A program made the translations under genes and the position numbers. Below the pieces are notes generated by a model. That model had not been told where the DNA came from, made no database searches, and saw only the letters and a list, made by a program, of their open reading frames with translations. From Escherichia phage P1, in the sequence record NC_005856.1: a DNA stretch of 64,000 nt. One strand, written 5' to 3'. Positions 53,688-64,000 of the stretch are shown here, one piece after another. How positions within the stretch are numbered: the first letter of the stretch is position 1; each line of letters begins with the position of its first letter.

Positions 53688-54617
53688 ATGAAAGGCGAAG
53701 TGAAAGAGCGCGGCATGATTTTCAACGATGAGATGGTCCGGGCCATCCTCGAAGGAAGGAAAACGCAGACGCGGCGGATAATGAAAAATCAGCCTGCGGA
53801 AGTTGGTCCAGAAGCACCAGTGATGGTTAGAAAAATTGGTGCAGGTTTTCAGTGGTACGGGGCTGATGGTGTAAGCAGTGTTTTCAATTGCCCATTTGGT
53901 ATCGTCGGCGATCGAATTTGGGTTCGTGAAACATGGGCGATATTAGGCAATGAGGATGGTTGCAGTGTGGACTGGAACGACAACCTTTGTCGTGGCGATG
54001 AGAAGAACGCAGCAAGGATTTATCGGGCCAGTTGCGAGCAAAAACCTGGTGATTACGGCTTATGGTCGATACCCGATGATGCCGACTGGAAACCTCACAC
54101 TGTGAATGAAAAGTTTGATGGTGGGTGGCGTCCATCAATTCACATGCCGCGATGGGCATCACGCATTCTGTTGGAAATTACCAACGTGCGCGTTGAACGG
54201 TTGAACGATATCAGCGAATGCGATGCAAGGGATGAGGGCGTTCCGCCTGCTGGAAGTTTGCTTCCTGATCACCCGGGAACATTCCTTACTCCCAAGGGGG
54301 ATTTCGCAATGGCCAAGGTTGCGTTCCAGCGCCTGTGGGAATCCATCTACGGCGAAGAAAGCTGGAGTGCTAATCCCTGGGTTACGAGGCTGGCAACTAT
54401 CCGGACATTCCGGATAGTTCGGTGCCAGCGAAAGGAAAGGGCGTCCCCGGTGAACGTATCCGAATTAAGCCGCATGTTTATCGCGAACTGGTTAACCGCC
54501 TCCACGATACAGCGGTCAAGTGTGCTGGCACCCAGCAATTACGAGAAAGAATTAGCCGTGTTTTGGGCGACGTTATTACGCCAGATCATCATAAACAAGC
54601 CGAGAAAAGTGACCTAG
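53688..54617 (+). CDS. protein with ASCH/PUA-like N-terminal domain (PmgT position)
   Basis: ORF beginning MIFNDEMVRAILEGRKTQTRR; 3' 196 nt overlap an out-of-frame ORF (54422-54757), so true end uncertain. Confidence 0.4.
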   Translation: MKGEVKERGMIFNDEMVRAILEGRKTQTRRIMKNQPAEVGPEAPVMVRKIGAGFQWYGADGVSSVFNCPFGIVGDRIWVRETWAILGNEDGCSVDWNDNLCRGDEKNAARIYRASCEQKPGDYGLWSIPDDADWKPHTVNEKFDGGWRPSIHMPRWASRILLEITNVRVERLNDISECDARDEGVPPAGSLLPDHPGTFLTPKGDFAMAKVAFQRLWESIYGEESWSANPWVTRLATIRTFRIVRCQRKERASPVNVSELSRMFIANWLTASTIQRSSVLAPSNYEKELAVFWATLLRQIIINKPRKVT

Positions 54618-54753
54618 AAAGGTGTCACCTTGAGGCGGCATTAAACATTAAGCCGGGGCATACGCTTGGCATTATCGATGCTCTGTTGGTTCATAAGATG
54701 GCCATGGCTTTATTGCCGTTGGTGGATGCTGGCGATACAAGCGAGGGTGAAGT

Positions 54754-55116
54754 ATGAGAGTTGCAGATCACATCAAACACCTTGAAAGAATTATCGAAAA
54801 CGGTGAACTCTTAAGAGATCAGATGAGACGCACGGCAGAAGTCAGAGAGGCGATAATCCGCAGTCAGGCTGGTAAATTAAAGCAATTGTCAGAGATTAAC
54901 GCGCTATACAAGAACAGACGTAACCGGGCGGCGCTGCGGCTTCAGAAAGCACGTAATGAAATTAAATTGGTGGAGGCAAAACTGAAAAAACAGATTCAGC
55001 GTTACGATCAGCAAGATGCTTTTTATGCCGCCATCAAGGCGGCTGCTAATGAAATAGGCATCTGGAAGTTGCTGGTGGAGAAAGCAAAGACGAAGTTAAA
55101 TGCCAACGAAAGCTGA
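54754..55116 (+). CDS. coiled-coil protein (PmgV position)
   Basis: 120-aa ORF; heptad-rich. Confidence 0.4.
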   Translation: MRVADHIKHLERIIENGELLRDQMRRTAEVREAIIRSQAGKLKQLSEINALYKNRRNRAALRLQKARNEIKLVEAKLKKQIQRYDQQDAFYAAIKAAANEIGIWKLLVEKAKTKLNANES

Positions 55117-55191
55117 ACTACAGGTACCCACCAGCACATACAGAAAATGATTGTTTCCACATCAAGGAGATTTTAATGTTTCACTGAAACA

Positions 55192-55329
55192 TTAAGTAAG
55201 CCAGTGCATAATTCCATTTTTTACTGACCTTAAAAGCAAAATCAAAACGATGATGAGGATAATAGCCAGAATCTGGCTAATAACAGGCGCATCTAAAAAT
55301 GCACTCAGGAACTGAAAAAAAGCAGTCAT
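55192..55329 (-). CDS. 45-aa hydrophobic peptide
   Basis: Hand-translated MTAFFQFLSAFLDAPVISQILAIILIIVLILLLRSVKNGIMHWLT; AGGAA-like RBS; hairpin just downstream. Confidence 0.3.
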   Translation of the reverse strand: MTAFFQFLSAFLDAPVISQILAIILIIVLILLLRSVKNGIMHWLT

Positions 55330-55766
55330 TAAGGTGGTTCCTTGTCAAATGTAAAGGAGCACTTGCTCACGTTGACGTAGAAACCCAACCCTTATATAGT
55401 TGGATTCGGTGAAAGAAAGTCGTTAACGTGAGCTTACGGCACATGTTTTCGGAACAACATCAGGGAACGGCTAATTCCTTGATGCGGGTGGGGTCTGTAA
55501 TGCAGACCCTATCTATTAACGTCATGATTGCATCTCAAATTTTCTCCTTATCTTCATTAATCAAAATTCATTTCATTTGTGAAACATCACAATATTTAGA
55601 AAATGGCCCTCTTGCAAGTGCATAACTTTGTGGATAAATCAGGAAGAAAAAAGTTGATTCTGCGCACGGCAAGGCAGATAAGCTGTGCACAAAAATCAAT
55701 GGGAGAAGAAAAAAAATTAAAAGTTACTTTGCTGGTTAAATAATAGTCGTTACTCAATTATTCTGG

Positions 55767-56030
55767 ATGGGATTTGATATGTACGATTGGAATATTGCAG
55801 CTAAAAGTCAGGAAGAACGGGATAAGGTTAACGTTGATCTGGCTGCCAGCGGTGTGGCGTACAAAGAGCGATTGAACATACCTGTCATAGCTGAACAGGT
55901 AGCCCGCGAGCAACCAGAGAATCTGCGCACCTATTTCATGGAACGGCTACGGCACTACCGGCAGTTAAGCCTCCAGTTGCCAAAAGGGAGCGATCCGGCA
56001 TATCAGAAAGATGATGCCGTAAAGAAATAG
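55767..56030 (+). CDS. hot: DNA polymerase III theta-subunit homolog
   Basis: 87-aa ORF; [36 protein letters not shown] aligns with recollected E. coli HolE. Confidence 0.8.
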   Translation: MGFDMYDWNIAAKSQEERDKVNVDLAASGVAYKERLNIPVIAEQVAREQPENLRTYFMERLRHYRQLSLQLPKGSDPAYQKDDAVKK

Positions 56031-56036
56031 CGGTAG

Positions 56037-56609
56037 TTAACCGTTTTGAACTTCTCGTATCCTGGCAATGACAGCTTCATGCTGGGCTTGGATAGCGGCT
56101 TTTTCGTTTTCAAGTCGGGCAATAGACATCTCTAATTCTTTGCTGTACCAGGCGAGTTGGGCCAGGTTCATCCGGTTGTGGTCGAGAGTTGGAGACACTT
56201 CGACGCGCTCCCTTTCTTCCTGCTTTAATGAGAAGAGATTCATCTCATCCCTTGAGGAAAATTCAGCAACAATTTCTTGTTGATGATCCGGTCGCTGCGG
56301 CATCCTCGCCAGTATAAATGGCGGTTCTTTTGAAAACATGAATGTCGGCTGTGACCGTGTTTTCACCCATCTAGCCTGCTGTCTTTCGGCAAGTTCACAG
56401 GCTTCATCATAGTTATTTGCCAAACCAAGCACGGATGGACGGTCCCACGCGCCACCATTCAGACAATAAACAACAATTTTCCCGTCATGTTCTGTAACCC
56501 CATAGGGATGGTCCCACCAGGCGTCCAGCTGAGCTTTAGAGCGTTTCTCGTTAGGAGTGCAGTCAAAATTTTTGGGCAATACAGGATCGAGAGGAATGCG
56601 ATTAGGCAT
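56037..56609 (-). CDS. hypothetical protein (Lxr position)
   Basis: 190-aa ORF; C-terminal coiled coil. Confidence 0.4.
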   Translation of the reverse strand: MPNRIPLDPVLPKNFDCTPNEKRSKAQLDAWWDHPYGVTEHDGKIVVYCLNGGAWDRPSVLGLANNYDEACELAERQQARWVKTRSQPTFMFSKEPPFILARMPQRPDHQQEIVAEFSSRDEMNLFSLKQEERERVEVSPTLDHNRMNLAQLAWYSKELEMSIARLENEKAAIQAQHEAVIARIREVQNG

Positions 56610-56783
56610 AGCTAATTCCTTATTAACTGATTGGCAACGAGGTTACGCTGATCCGTTGGTGATGAATAGTAGCAAAGCGCACAAAATCATCAGCGGTTGT
56701 TGATGTACGTAACGCGTTTGCACCAAAGGTGTCTCTTTAATGTGTACTGTATAAATGAACAGTATTATTGAGGTGAAAACGCT

Positions 56784-57173
56784 ATGGGCTTCCCTTCTCC
56801 TGCGGCGGATTATGTTGAAAGCCGAATTTCTCTTGATCAGCAACTAATCAGGCATCCATCAGCAACCTACTTCATGCGGGCAGCTGATAGCCATCACCGT
56901 GAGGGAATATTGCAGGGTGCTTTGCTGGTGGTTGATTCCTCGCTTACTCCGGTTGATGGTTCTCTGCTTGTGTGCGCTATGGAGGGTGAATATCGCATAA
57001 AGAGATACCGAAAGTATCCGCGCCAGCACCTGGAGGATTTAAGCACCGGGAAGAAAGAGGCGTTACCAGTAGATGACGATGGTTACACGTGTAGTAATGC
57101 TGTTTTTGGTGTGATCACTCATGTCATCAATGATGCCCGGAGTGGAGAGTTTGATGATTGTCCGGTCATTTAA
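56784..57173 (+). CDS. humD: UmuD'-like protein HumD
   Basis: 129-aa ORF resembling UmuD without the N-terminal cleavage segment. Confidence 0.8.
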   Translation: MGFPSPAADYVESRISLDQQLIRHPSATYFMRAADSHHREGILQGALLVVDSSLTPVDGSLLVCAMEGEYRIKRYRKYPRQHLEDLSTGKKEALPVDDDGYTCSNAVFGVITHVINDARSGEFDDCPVI

Positions 57174-57239
57174 GCTGCAAAGTGCTGGTGCTTTATGCCT
57201 GTGAAGTTTATAATTGTGTACACATAACGAGTACACGAG

Positions 57240-57467
57240 GTGTTTATGCAATCCATTAACTTCCGTACCGCGCGCGGCAACCTTTCTGAAGTGCTCAACA
57301 ATGTTGAAGCCGGGGAAGAGGTTGAAATCACCCGCAGAGGCCGTGAGCCAGCAGTAATTGTCAGCAAGGCTACTTTCGAAGCCTACAAAAAAGCGGCGCT
57401 GGATGCTGAATTTGCATCCCTGTTTGACACCCTGGACTCCACCAACAAGGAACTGGTTAACCGATAA
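57240..57467 (+). CDS. phd: antitoxin Phd
   Basis: 75-aa [52 protein letters not shown]; stop overlaps doc start. Confidence 0.9.
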
Positions 57468-57847
57468 TGAGGCATATATCACCGGAAGAACTTATTGCGC
57501 TTCATGATGCGAATATAAGCCGCTACGGCGGCCTGCCGGGAATGTCTGATCCGGGTAGGGCAGAGGCCATTATCGGGAGAGTTCAGGCCAGAGTTGCCTA
57601 CGAAGAGATCACCGACCTTTTCGAAGTCTCCGCCACCTACCTGGTGGCTACAGCGAGAGGGCATATATTCAATGATGCCAATAAGCGTACCGCGCTAAAC
57701 AGTGCGCTGCTATTTCTACGCCGTAACGGGGTGCAGGTATTTGATTCACCTGAACTGGCAGACCTTACTGTAGGAGCTGCGACTGGCGAGATATCTGTAT
57801 CTTCTGTCGCCGACACGTTACGTAGATTGTATGGTTCTGCGGAGTAG
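57467..57847 (+). CDS. doc: toxin Doc (Fic-fold kinase)
   Basis: 126-aa ORF with Fic-like [10 protein letters not shown] motif. Confidence 0.9.
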
Positions 57848-58031
57848 ATTAATGGCACGCAAATACAACAAATTGTCCCGTGAAGCGTTAAAGATGCTTC
57901 TTGATGGCGTGAGTCGCCGCAAGGTAAAGCAATACCTGGTTGGTAAGCAAATTGGTGCCAGGACCGCTATTGCTGTGTTATGCCGTCAGGAAATGGTTGT
58001 GCTTAAACAGAGAATGCCGGGCAGCAGATAA
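57831..58031 (+). CDS. small protein downstream of doc (PdcA position)
   Basis: 66-aa basic ORF overlapping doc 3' end. Confidence 0.35.
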
Positions 58032-58058
58032 AGCCCAATCAGTGATTAAAGGTGTGAT

Positions 58059-59102
58059 GTGAAAGCCATAATTACTCCCTTTGTACAGAAAGAGCTTGGC
58101 CTCGCCACGTTCAAAGTGGATCAGGAGGTCAGAAAGCTGGTGGAGGCTGGCCGTAAATTTATTATGGAGCCGGTGCCGCGTGAGTTAATCGAGCACATGG
58201 AAGACGGCCTCGTTGTTACCGAGCAAACCATGGCAACAAATGAGGCATTGCAGCCGTTTTTTAACAGCGATGAACTGTTTCGCCGTATTGGTGGAATTGA
58301 CGCGCTGGTGGCGTGGTTGCGTAGGAAAGAGGGTCAATGCCAGGCCGCAGATCGTAGTTGGTGTGACAACCATATTGTCCACGCTGAACGAGACAATAGC
58401 GCGGTGTTGTTGTGCTGGCATCACGATAACCATTACCGGATGCGTGGTTTTAATGAGCTGAAAGAAACGCTGCACAATAATCGCGTTAACTGGATACTGG
58501 ATGTCGCCCGTCAGGAAATGGGCCTTTCAAATAGCCATGATTTAAGTATTCAGGAGCTGTGCTGGTGGGCTTTCATGCGCAACATGATGCACCTGATGCC
58601 GGAAGAAGTCTGCCGCATATCAATAAATAAGATGAAGGCTACTCCGCAGGATAGCGGACCTCTGAAAGAGGCGGATATTCGCCCGTATGACGATCGCGCT
58701 ACAGCATATGTTCAGATGATGGAAGAACGCTCCGCGCCGATGCGTGCAAAAGTATGCCCTGTGGATGTTGACTCCGACCCAGGTATGGCGCATTTCAAAA
58801 TACCAAAACTTCAATCGCTAAAATTACCTGAGTACATGGACTTTGTTGCTTCCCGTCCATGCTGTGGGTGTGGAGCTGCGGGAGCTGGCGCTCACATTAC
58901 GCCTTATATCGTTCGTCATAGTCGATTATGCGCGCATGACATTTACGCAATTCCTCTGTGCCAGTCATGCCAGCGTGATATTGAGCGTGACCGCTATAAT
59001 TGGGAGAAGACGCACGGTAGGTTGGCGATGCATCAACGATTGTTCTTTGATTACGCGCTTGGAGTGGGCGTTATCACAAGTCATTCGTCGAGTGTTAGAT
59101 AA
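58059..59102 (+). CDS. Cys-rich C-terminal protein (PdcB position)
   Basis: 347-aa ORF; C-terminal CCGCG...H...CAHD...CQSC zinc-binding-like cluster. Confidence 0.45.
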   Translation: MKAIITPFVQKELGLATFKVDQEVRKLVEAGRKFIMEPVPRELIEHMEDGLVVTEQTMATNEALQPFFNSDELFRRIGGIDALVAWLRRKEGQCQAADRSWCDNHIVHAERDNSAVLLCWHHDNHYRMRGFNELKETLHNNRVNWILDVARQEMGLSNSHDLSIQELCWWAFMRNMMHLMPEEVCRISINKMKATPQDSGPLKEADIRPYDDRATAYVQMMEERSAPMRAKVCPVDVDSDPGMAHFKIPKLQSLKLPEYMDFVASRPCCGCGAAGAGAHITPYIVRHSRLCAHDIYAIPLCQSCQRDIERDRYNWEKTHGRLAMHQRLFFDYALGVGVITSHSSSVR

Positions 59103-59119
59103 AATTGCTCTAATGTATT
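59103..59119. promoter_or_regulatory. C1 operator-like site upstream of lpa
   Basis: ATTGCTCTAATGTATTG, three mismatches. Confidence 0.5.
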
Positions 59120-59190
59120 GCTATTTCTTTAATCGAGGGTATTATATTCCACGTTGATTAGTTGACATGGGCTAATCAGTAGGTGACAGG

Positions 59191-59643
59191 ATGTTACTTA
59201 ACTGGCAGGGACGCCACTTCATGGAAATAAATCACTCACGAATAACATCGTACGAGATTGCGGATTACATGATCCGCACTAAATCTCTTCTATCAGCGAA
59301 AGAACTCGCAGCAATTCTTGAAAAGGAATACCCGCATCTGGATGTCGATAAGCGCGATGTTTATCTGCGCTTAAAGGCTATCGCTGTGTCTAAGTATTCG
59401 TCTGTTTTGATAGATGACAGTACACGCCCACGTAGATTTCAGATCCACTCTCTGAATCCTGAATTCTTTCGCCGTAGCCGCGCTCCGCGCCGGTTTGATG
59501 AAAAACTCCAGAACGAACTCTATATGACGCAGGACGAAAAGGAACGCCGGGAGCACCAGCCTTGGGTAATGGCGCGTCAACTTTTCAATAAGGTGGCCCG
59601 TCAGCACCGTCATTACGGTAATGCCACATCCGCACGTATCTGA
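59191..59643 (+). CDS. lpa: late promoter activator Lpa
   Basis: 150-aa ORF between the doc-proximal genes and pacA; position- and size-based. Confidence 0.55.
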   Translation: MLLNWQGRHFMEINHSRITSYEIADYMIRTKSLLSAKELAAILEKEYPHLDVDKRDVYLRLKAIAVSKYSSVLIDDSTRPRRFQIHSLNPEFFRRSRAPRRFDEKLQNELYMTQDEKERREHQPWVMARQLFNKVARQHRHYGNATSARI

Positions 59644-59728
59644 TTGATTGCTTGCCCGTTCCGGGCCTTTTGACATGTGACTTTCGTTACCCTCGCGTCA
59701 AAAAGAGTTTTTACGAAAGGAAGCATAA

Positions 59729-60922
59729 GTGACCTGGGACGATCACAAGAAGAATTTTGCTCGCCTGGCGCGAGATGGTGGTTACACCATCGCACAGTAT
59801 GCCGCCGAGTTTAATCTTAACCCTAATACCGCACGTCGTTATCTCCGTGCCTTCAAAGAAGACACCAGGACTACGGACAGCCGCAAGCCAAATAAGCCAG
59901 TCAGGAAGCCACTAAAAAGCATGATCATTGATCACTCTAATGATCAACATGCAGGTGATCACATTGCGGCTGAAATAGCGGAAAAACAAAGAGTTAATGC
60001 CGTTGTCAGTGCCGCAGTCGAGAATGCGAAGCGCCAAAATAAGCGCATAAATGATCGTTCAGATGATCATGACGTGATCACCCGCGCCCACCGGACCTTA
60101 CGTGATCGCCTGGAACGCGACACCCTGGATGATGATGGTGAACGCTTTGAATTCGAAGTTGGCGATTACCTGATAGATAACGTTGAAGCGCGGAAGGCCG
60201 CGCGCGCTATGTTGCGTCGGTCCGGGGCCGATGTTCTGGAAACCACTCTTCTGGAAAAGTCTCTTTCTCATCTCCTTATGCTGGAGAACGCCAGGGATAC
60301 GTGTATTCGCCTGGTGCAGGAAATGCGCGATCAGCAAAAAGACGATGATGAAGGTACTCCGCCTGAATACCGTATCGCGAGCATGCTAAACAGCTGTTCC
60401 GCGCAGATAAGCAGCCTGATCAACACCATTTACAGCATCCGGAATAACTATCGAAAAGAAAGCCGGGAGGCGGAAAAGCACGCTTTATCTATGGGGCAAG
60501 CTGGCATTGTTAAGCTGGCATACGAACGAAAGCGTGAAAATAACTGGTCAGTGCTGGAAGCGGCTGAATTCATCGAGGCGCATGGAGGAAAAGTGCCGCC
60601 CCTGATGCTGGAGCAAATCAAAGCCGATCTGCGTGCTCCTAAGACCAATACCGATGATGAGGAAAACCAAACAGCATCTGGCGCTCCATCACTTGAAGAT
60701 CTGGATAAAATCGCGCGAGAACGGGCCGCCAGCCGCCGCGCTGATGCCGCATTGTGGATTGAGCATCGTAGAGAAGAAATTGCCGATATCGTCGATACAG
60801 GTGGTTATGGTGATGTCGATGCGGAAGGCATATCAAACGAAGCATGGCTTGAACAGGATCTGGACGAAGACGAGGAGGAAGACGAAGAAGTTACCCGCAA
60901 ACTGTACGGGGATGATGATTAA
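59729..60922 (+). CDS. pacA: terminase small/pac-recognition subunit PacA
   Basis: 397-aa ORF containing the GATC-hexamer pac site; acidic C-terminus. Confidence 0.75.
59920..60082. promoter_or_regulatory. pac packaging site
   Basis: Four TGATCA-type hexamers (59922-59961) and three (60053-60080) flanking a ~90-bp spacer, inside pacA. Confidence 0.7.
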
Positions 60923-62406
60923 TGGCCAGAAGTTGCGTAACGGACCCACGTTGGCGCGAGCTTGTGGCGCTATATCGTTATGACTGGATTGCGGCCGCTG
61001 ATGTGTTGTTTGGGAAGACACCAACCTGGCAGCAGGATGAGATCATTGAGTCCACGCAGCAGGACGGCAGTTGGACAAGTGTGACCTCCGGCCATGGTAC
61101 TGGTAAATCGGATATGACGAGTATCATTGCAATACTCTTCATCATGTTTTTCCCCGGCGCTCGCGTCATTCTGGTCGCTAACAAAAGACAGCAAGTCCTT
61201 GATGGTATTTTCAAATACATAAAGAGCAATTGGGCTACTGCTGTTAGCAGATTCCCGTGGTTGTCGAAGTATTTCATTCTTACAGAAACGTCTTTTTTTG
61301 AGGTGACTGGCAAGGGTGTTTGGACAATATTGATAAAGTCCTGTCGTCCCGGAAATGAGGAGGCGTTGGCTGGTGAACACGCCGATCATCTCTTGTATAT
61401 CATCGACGAAGCGTCGGGTGTGAGTGATAAAGCATTCAGTGTGATAACAGGTGCGCTGACCGGTAAGGATAACCGTATTCTGCTTCTTTCCCAGCCTACG
61501 CGACCTTCAGGCTATTTCTACGATTCACACCACAGACTAGCTATTCGCCCGGGAAATCCTGATGGATTGTTTACTGCGATAATACTGAATAGTGAAGAAT
61601 CTCCGCTTGTAGATGCAAAATTTATACGAGCAAAACTTGCGGAGTATGGCGGTCGTGATAACCCCATGTACATGATCAAAGTACGTGGTGAATTTCCCAA
61701 ATCTCAAGATGGCTTTCTTCTTGGTCGTGATGAGGTTGAGCGGGCGACGCGGCGAAAGGTCAAGATTGCCAAAGGATGGGGCTGGGTTGCATGTGTTGAC
61801 GTTGCTGGTGGCACAGGACGAGATAAGTCCGTTATTAATATCATGATGGTGTCCGGCCAGCGAAATAAACGCCGTGTAATCAACTATCGTATGCTGGAAT
61901 ACACAGACGTTACAGAAACGCAGTTAGCCGCCAAGATTTTCGCAGAATGTAACCCAGAACGGTTCCCGAACATAACCATAGCTATTGATGGCGATGGCTT
62001 GGGGAAATCGACGGCTGATCTAATGTACGAACGCTATGGCATTACCGTCCAGCGTATCCGCTGGGGTAAAAAGATGCACAGCCGTGAAGATAAAAGCCTT
62101 TATTTCGATATGCGCGCTTTCGCGAATATTCAGGCGGCAGAAGCTGTAAAATCAGGGCGTATGAGGCTTGATAAGGGGGCTGCGACTATAGAGGAAGCAT
62201 CAAAGATACCGGTAGGGATAAATTCCGCAGGTCAATGGAAGGTGATGTCAAAGGAAGATATGAAGAAAAAACTCAACCTGCACTCACCGGACCATTGGGA
62301 TACATATTGTTTCGCTATGTTGGCGAACTATGTTCCCCAAGATGAAGTGCTTAGCGTCGAAGACGAAGCGCAGGTTGATGAAGCTCTGGCATGGCTTAAT
62401 GAATAA
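60922..62406 (+). CDS. pacB: terminase large subunit PacB
   Basis: 494-aa ORF with Walker A-like SGHGTGKS and DEAS motifs; start overlaps pacA stop. Confidence 0.75.
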
Positions 62407-62430
62407 CTCATTAACCATGCCGGATGGAAA

Positions 62431-63282
62431 CTATTGCGCGCTTTCGGGGTTGTCGTTTACTGGCTGCCCCTTCTTAGTTTTGCGGCTGCGCGTAACTGAT
62501 GCGGCTGATTTGACCTTTTTCTCTTCGCGAGTGATGGCAATTTGTTTTTTTACATTTTCAATATCTGCCAGGCGATATATTTTTGCCTGCGGCCAGCGGT
62601 CGCAGATGATCGGTTCTATAGAGTCATAAAGGCTAAATTTTGCTTTCTCAAATTCACCGTTGATGATGATTCCATCTCGGAGAGTTTCATCGCAGATAAA
62701 CACGCAACATAGCGGCACATGGTAACTAACTGATTTGCCATCATTGTAGTTAGGGCTACTGGAAATGTAATGGACGCGCAGCATTGTTTCGCTAAAGCCG
62801 TGTACGCGCATACGGAATTTTTCATCCTCCGGGTACTGCTTCATTAGCTCTTTTGTTGCTTCCAGGTTCTCTATGTATTTCGCACTGTGCTCATTGATCC
62901 CCGCGCTTTTTTGGATGCGAATGTCCTTATCAATCAGATGAATAATGCGGCCAGCGGTCATATTGACGCTGTTCACTGCTTCTGTCTGATAAGTCGTAAC
63001 CTTACGCACACCGCGAAGGATGTTAGGTACAGGATATAAAATAGTCTTTGGGATATTGAGATCTGGGTACTGCTCCAGTTCCCGCGCCATTAATGTCCAT
63101 TTATCAATTTCAGCCTGAATGCTGTCCGTTTCTTTGAACGGCAGAACGACAACCGGGCGAACAGGACGACCGTCGCTGGCGGCATCAACGTGTTGGGCGC
63201 GTGCAACAGCTTTTTTTAGAAAGAGATCCCTGAAGCTGACGAACTCCTGGTACAGTTGTTCGCCGTAGACATAATTTATCAT
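62431..63282 (-). CDS. c1: primary immunity repressor C1
   Basis: 283-aa ORF MINYVYGEQLYQEF...; multiple matching operators across the window. Confidence 0.9.
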   Translation of the reverse strand: MINYVYGEQLYQEFVSFRDLFLKKAVARAQHVDAASDGRPVRPVVVLPFKETDSIQAEIDKWTLMARELEQYPDLNIPKTILYPVPNILRGVRKVTTYQTEAVNSVNMTAGRIIHLIDKDIRIQKSAGINEHSAKYIENLEATKELMKQYPEDEKFRMRVHGFSETMLRVHYISSSPNYNDGKSVSYHVPLCCVFICDETLRDGIIINGEFEKAKFSLYDSIEPIICDRWPQAKIYRLADIENVKKQIAITREEKKVKSAASVTRSRKTKKGQPVNDNPESAQ

Positions 63283-63376
63283 TGATCCTCCTCCAGAATT
63301 GACATGGCCAACAACTCACAGCGGATTACACTGGGAGTTGTTGGCCACCATTATAGAAGGATCCAACGAAAATAAT

Positions 63377-63393
63377 AGATTTATTAGTGCATT
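63377..63393. promoter_or_regulatory. C1 operator-like site between coi and c1
   Basis: AGATTTATTAGTGCATT, three mismatches to reverse-complement consensus. Confidence 0.45.
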
Positions 63394-63602
63394 TATTGTG
63401 AGTCTGGCTGGTTAGTGGCCATGAGATATTCGATTGTGTCAGTGAGATCATCCAGGTCGTCTTGGGTGATGCGGTACTCCTGATTGGATATCTTTGAGTA
63501 GTGTTCAGCAATGGCGCGGGCAGCGTCGGTTTCGGCGGGGTCTACAGATAAAGCGTTAGAGCAATGTCTAACGTCGTCGATGGTTGGTGGAATGAAAGCC
63601 AT
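63393..63602 (-). CDS. coi: C1 inactivator Coi
   Basis: 69-aa ORF immediately upstream of c1 on the same strand. Confidence 0.85.
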   Translation of the reverse strand: MAFIPPTIDDVRHCSNALSVDPAETDAARAIAEHYSKISNQEYRITQDDLDDLTDTIEYLMATNQPDSQ

Positions 63603-63840
63603 AATTATGCCTCACTGTATTGACAACACAGAGCCTGAAGCTCTGACCTACTGTTTCACCCATGATCCATGCTGGGGTAATCTAACAACATTGCGCTGTG
63701 TGTAAGATGAGCAATGTATAGCTGTAATGCCGTTGTATAAGGTTTCCCTGTTTGCTCATTTCCTTCTGAGCCGCTCTACAACGCTGAAGACACATTAAAT
63801 AGTGAATCCAAAGTCGTATTACGAAACGGCGGCAAAACTA

Positions 63841-63940
63841 TAATTTATTAGAGCAATTGTCAAACAACTATGAAAAACAATCCAGTTTTTGGCTGGTGGA
63901 GTGGGATTTTTCTCTCAAAATTTATTGCTCTAATAATTCT
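63841..63940. promoter_or_regulatory. Op99-like operator cluster upstream of coi-c1
   Basis: TAATTTATTAGAGCAAT (63841-63857) and ATTGCTCTAATAATTCT (63924-63940) in opposite orientations. Confidence 0.65.
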
Positions 63941-63983
63941 TGATTTTTATGCGCAGCTGGACGTAAACTCCTCTTCAGACCTA

Positions 63984-64000
63984 ATAACTTCGTATAGCAT
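63984..64000. other. partial loxP site (first 17 bp; window truncates it)
   Basis: ATAACTTCGTATAGCAT equals the left 13-bp arm plus start of the loxP spacer. Confidence 0.8.

Noticed and set aside
55428-55625. 65-aa plus-strand ORF in the intergenic gap
   Set aside because: No convincing RBS or recognisable features; region more likely promoter or leader sequence.

Overview
The window reads as a collinear ~64-kb segment of a P1-like temperate phage-plasmid (myovirus kept as a low-copy plasmid). All assignments are made by reading the sequence and ORF translations and by recollection of phage P1 proteins and sites; no database search was run. Order, left to right: two holin-like membrane-protein genes; cin invertase and the ~4.26-kb invertible tail-fibre C-segment with ~0.6-kb inverted repeats (1412-5693); baseplate, tape-measure (sit) and tail-tube genes; a sim-like locus of secreted proteins; immI (C1 operator, c4 region, icd, ant); kilA-repL; an AT-rich two-gene cassette (20940-22108); head and sheath genes; parS-parB-parA; incA iterons, repA, incC iterons and oriR; a spanin-like pair; a PAAR-like gene; rdgC-like hrdC; bifunctional dmt methyltransferase; tRNA-Asn, tRNA-Thr, tRNA(CAT) embedded in a ~1.3-kb noncoding stretch of structured repeats; TerB-like tci genes; ban helicase plus a glycosyltransferase-like gene; six baseplate/tail genes; an enzyme-rich operon (VRR-NUC nuclease, two Maf/DUF115-like paralogs, lambda-type phosphatase, GT-A-like protein, HAD-like phosphatase, ASCH-like protein); hot, humD, phd-doc, lpa, pacA (with pac site), pacB, c1 and coi with operators. 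The window ends inside loxP (63984-64000). No rRNA, CRISPR array, IS element or integrase was seen. I found no obvious foreign insertion; the most promising poorly explained loci are the AT-rich cassette after repL, the tRNA-linked structured repeats, and the glycosyltransferase/Maf/phosphatase cluster.
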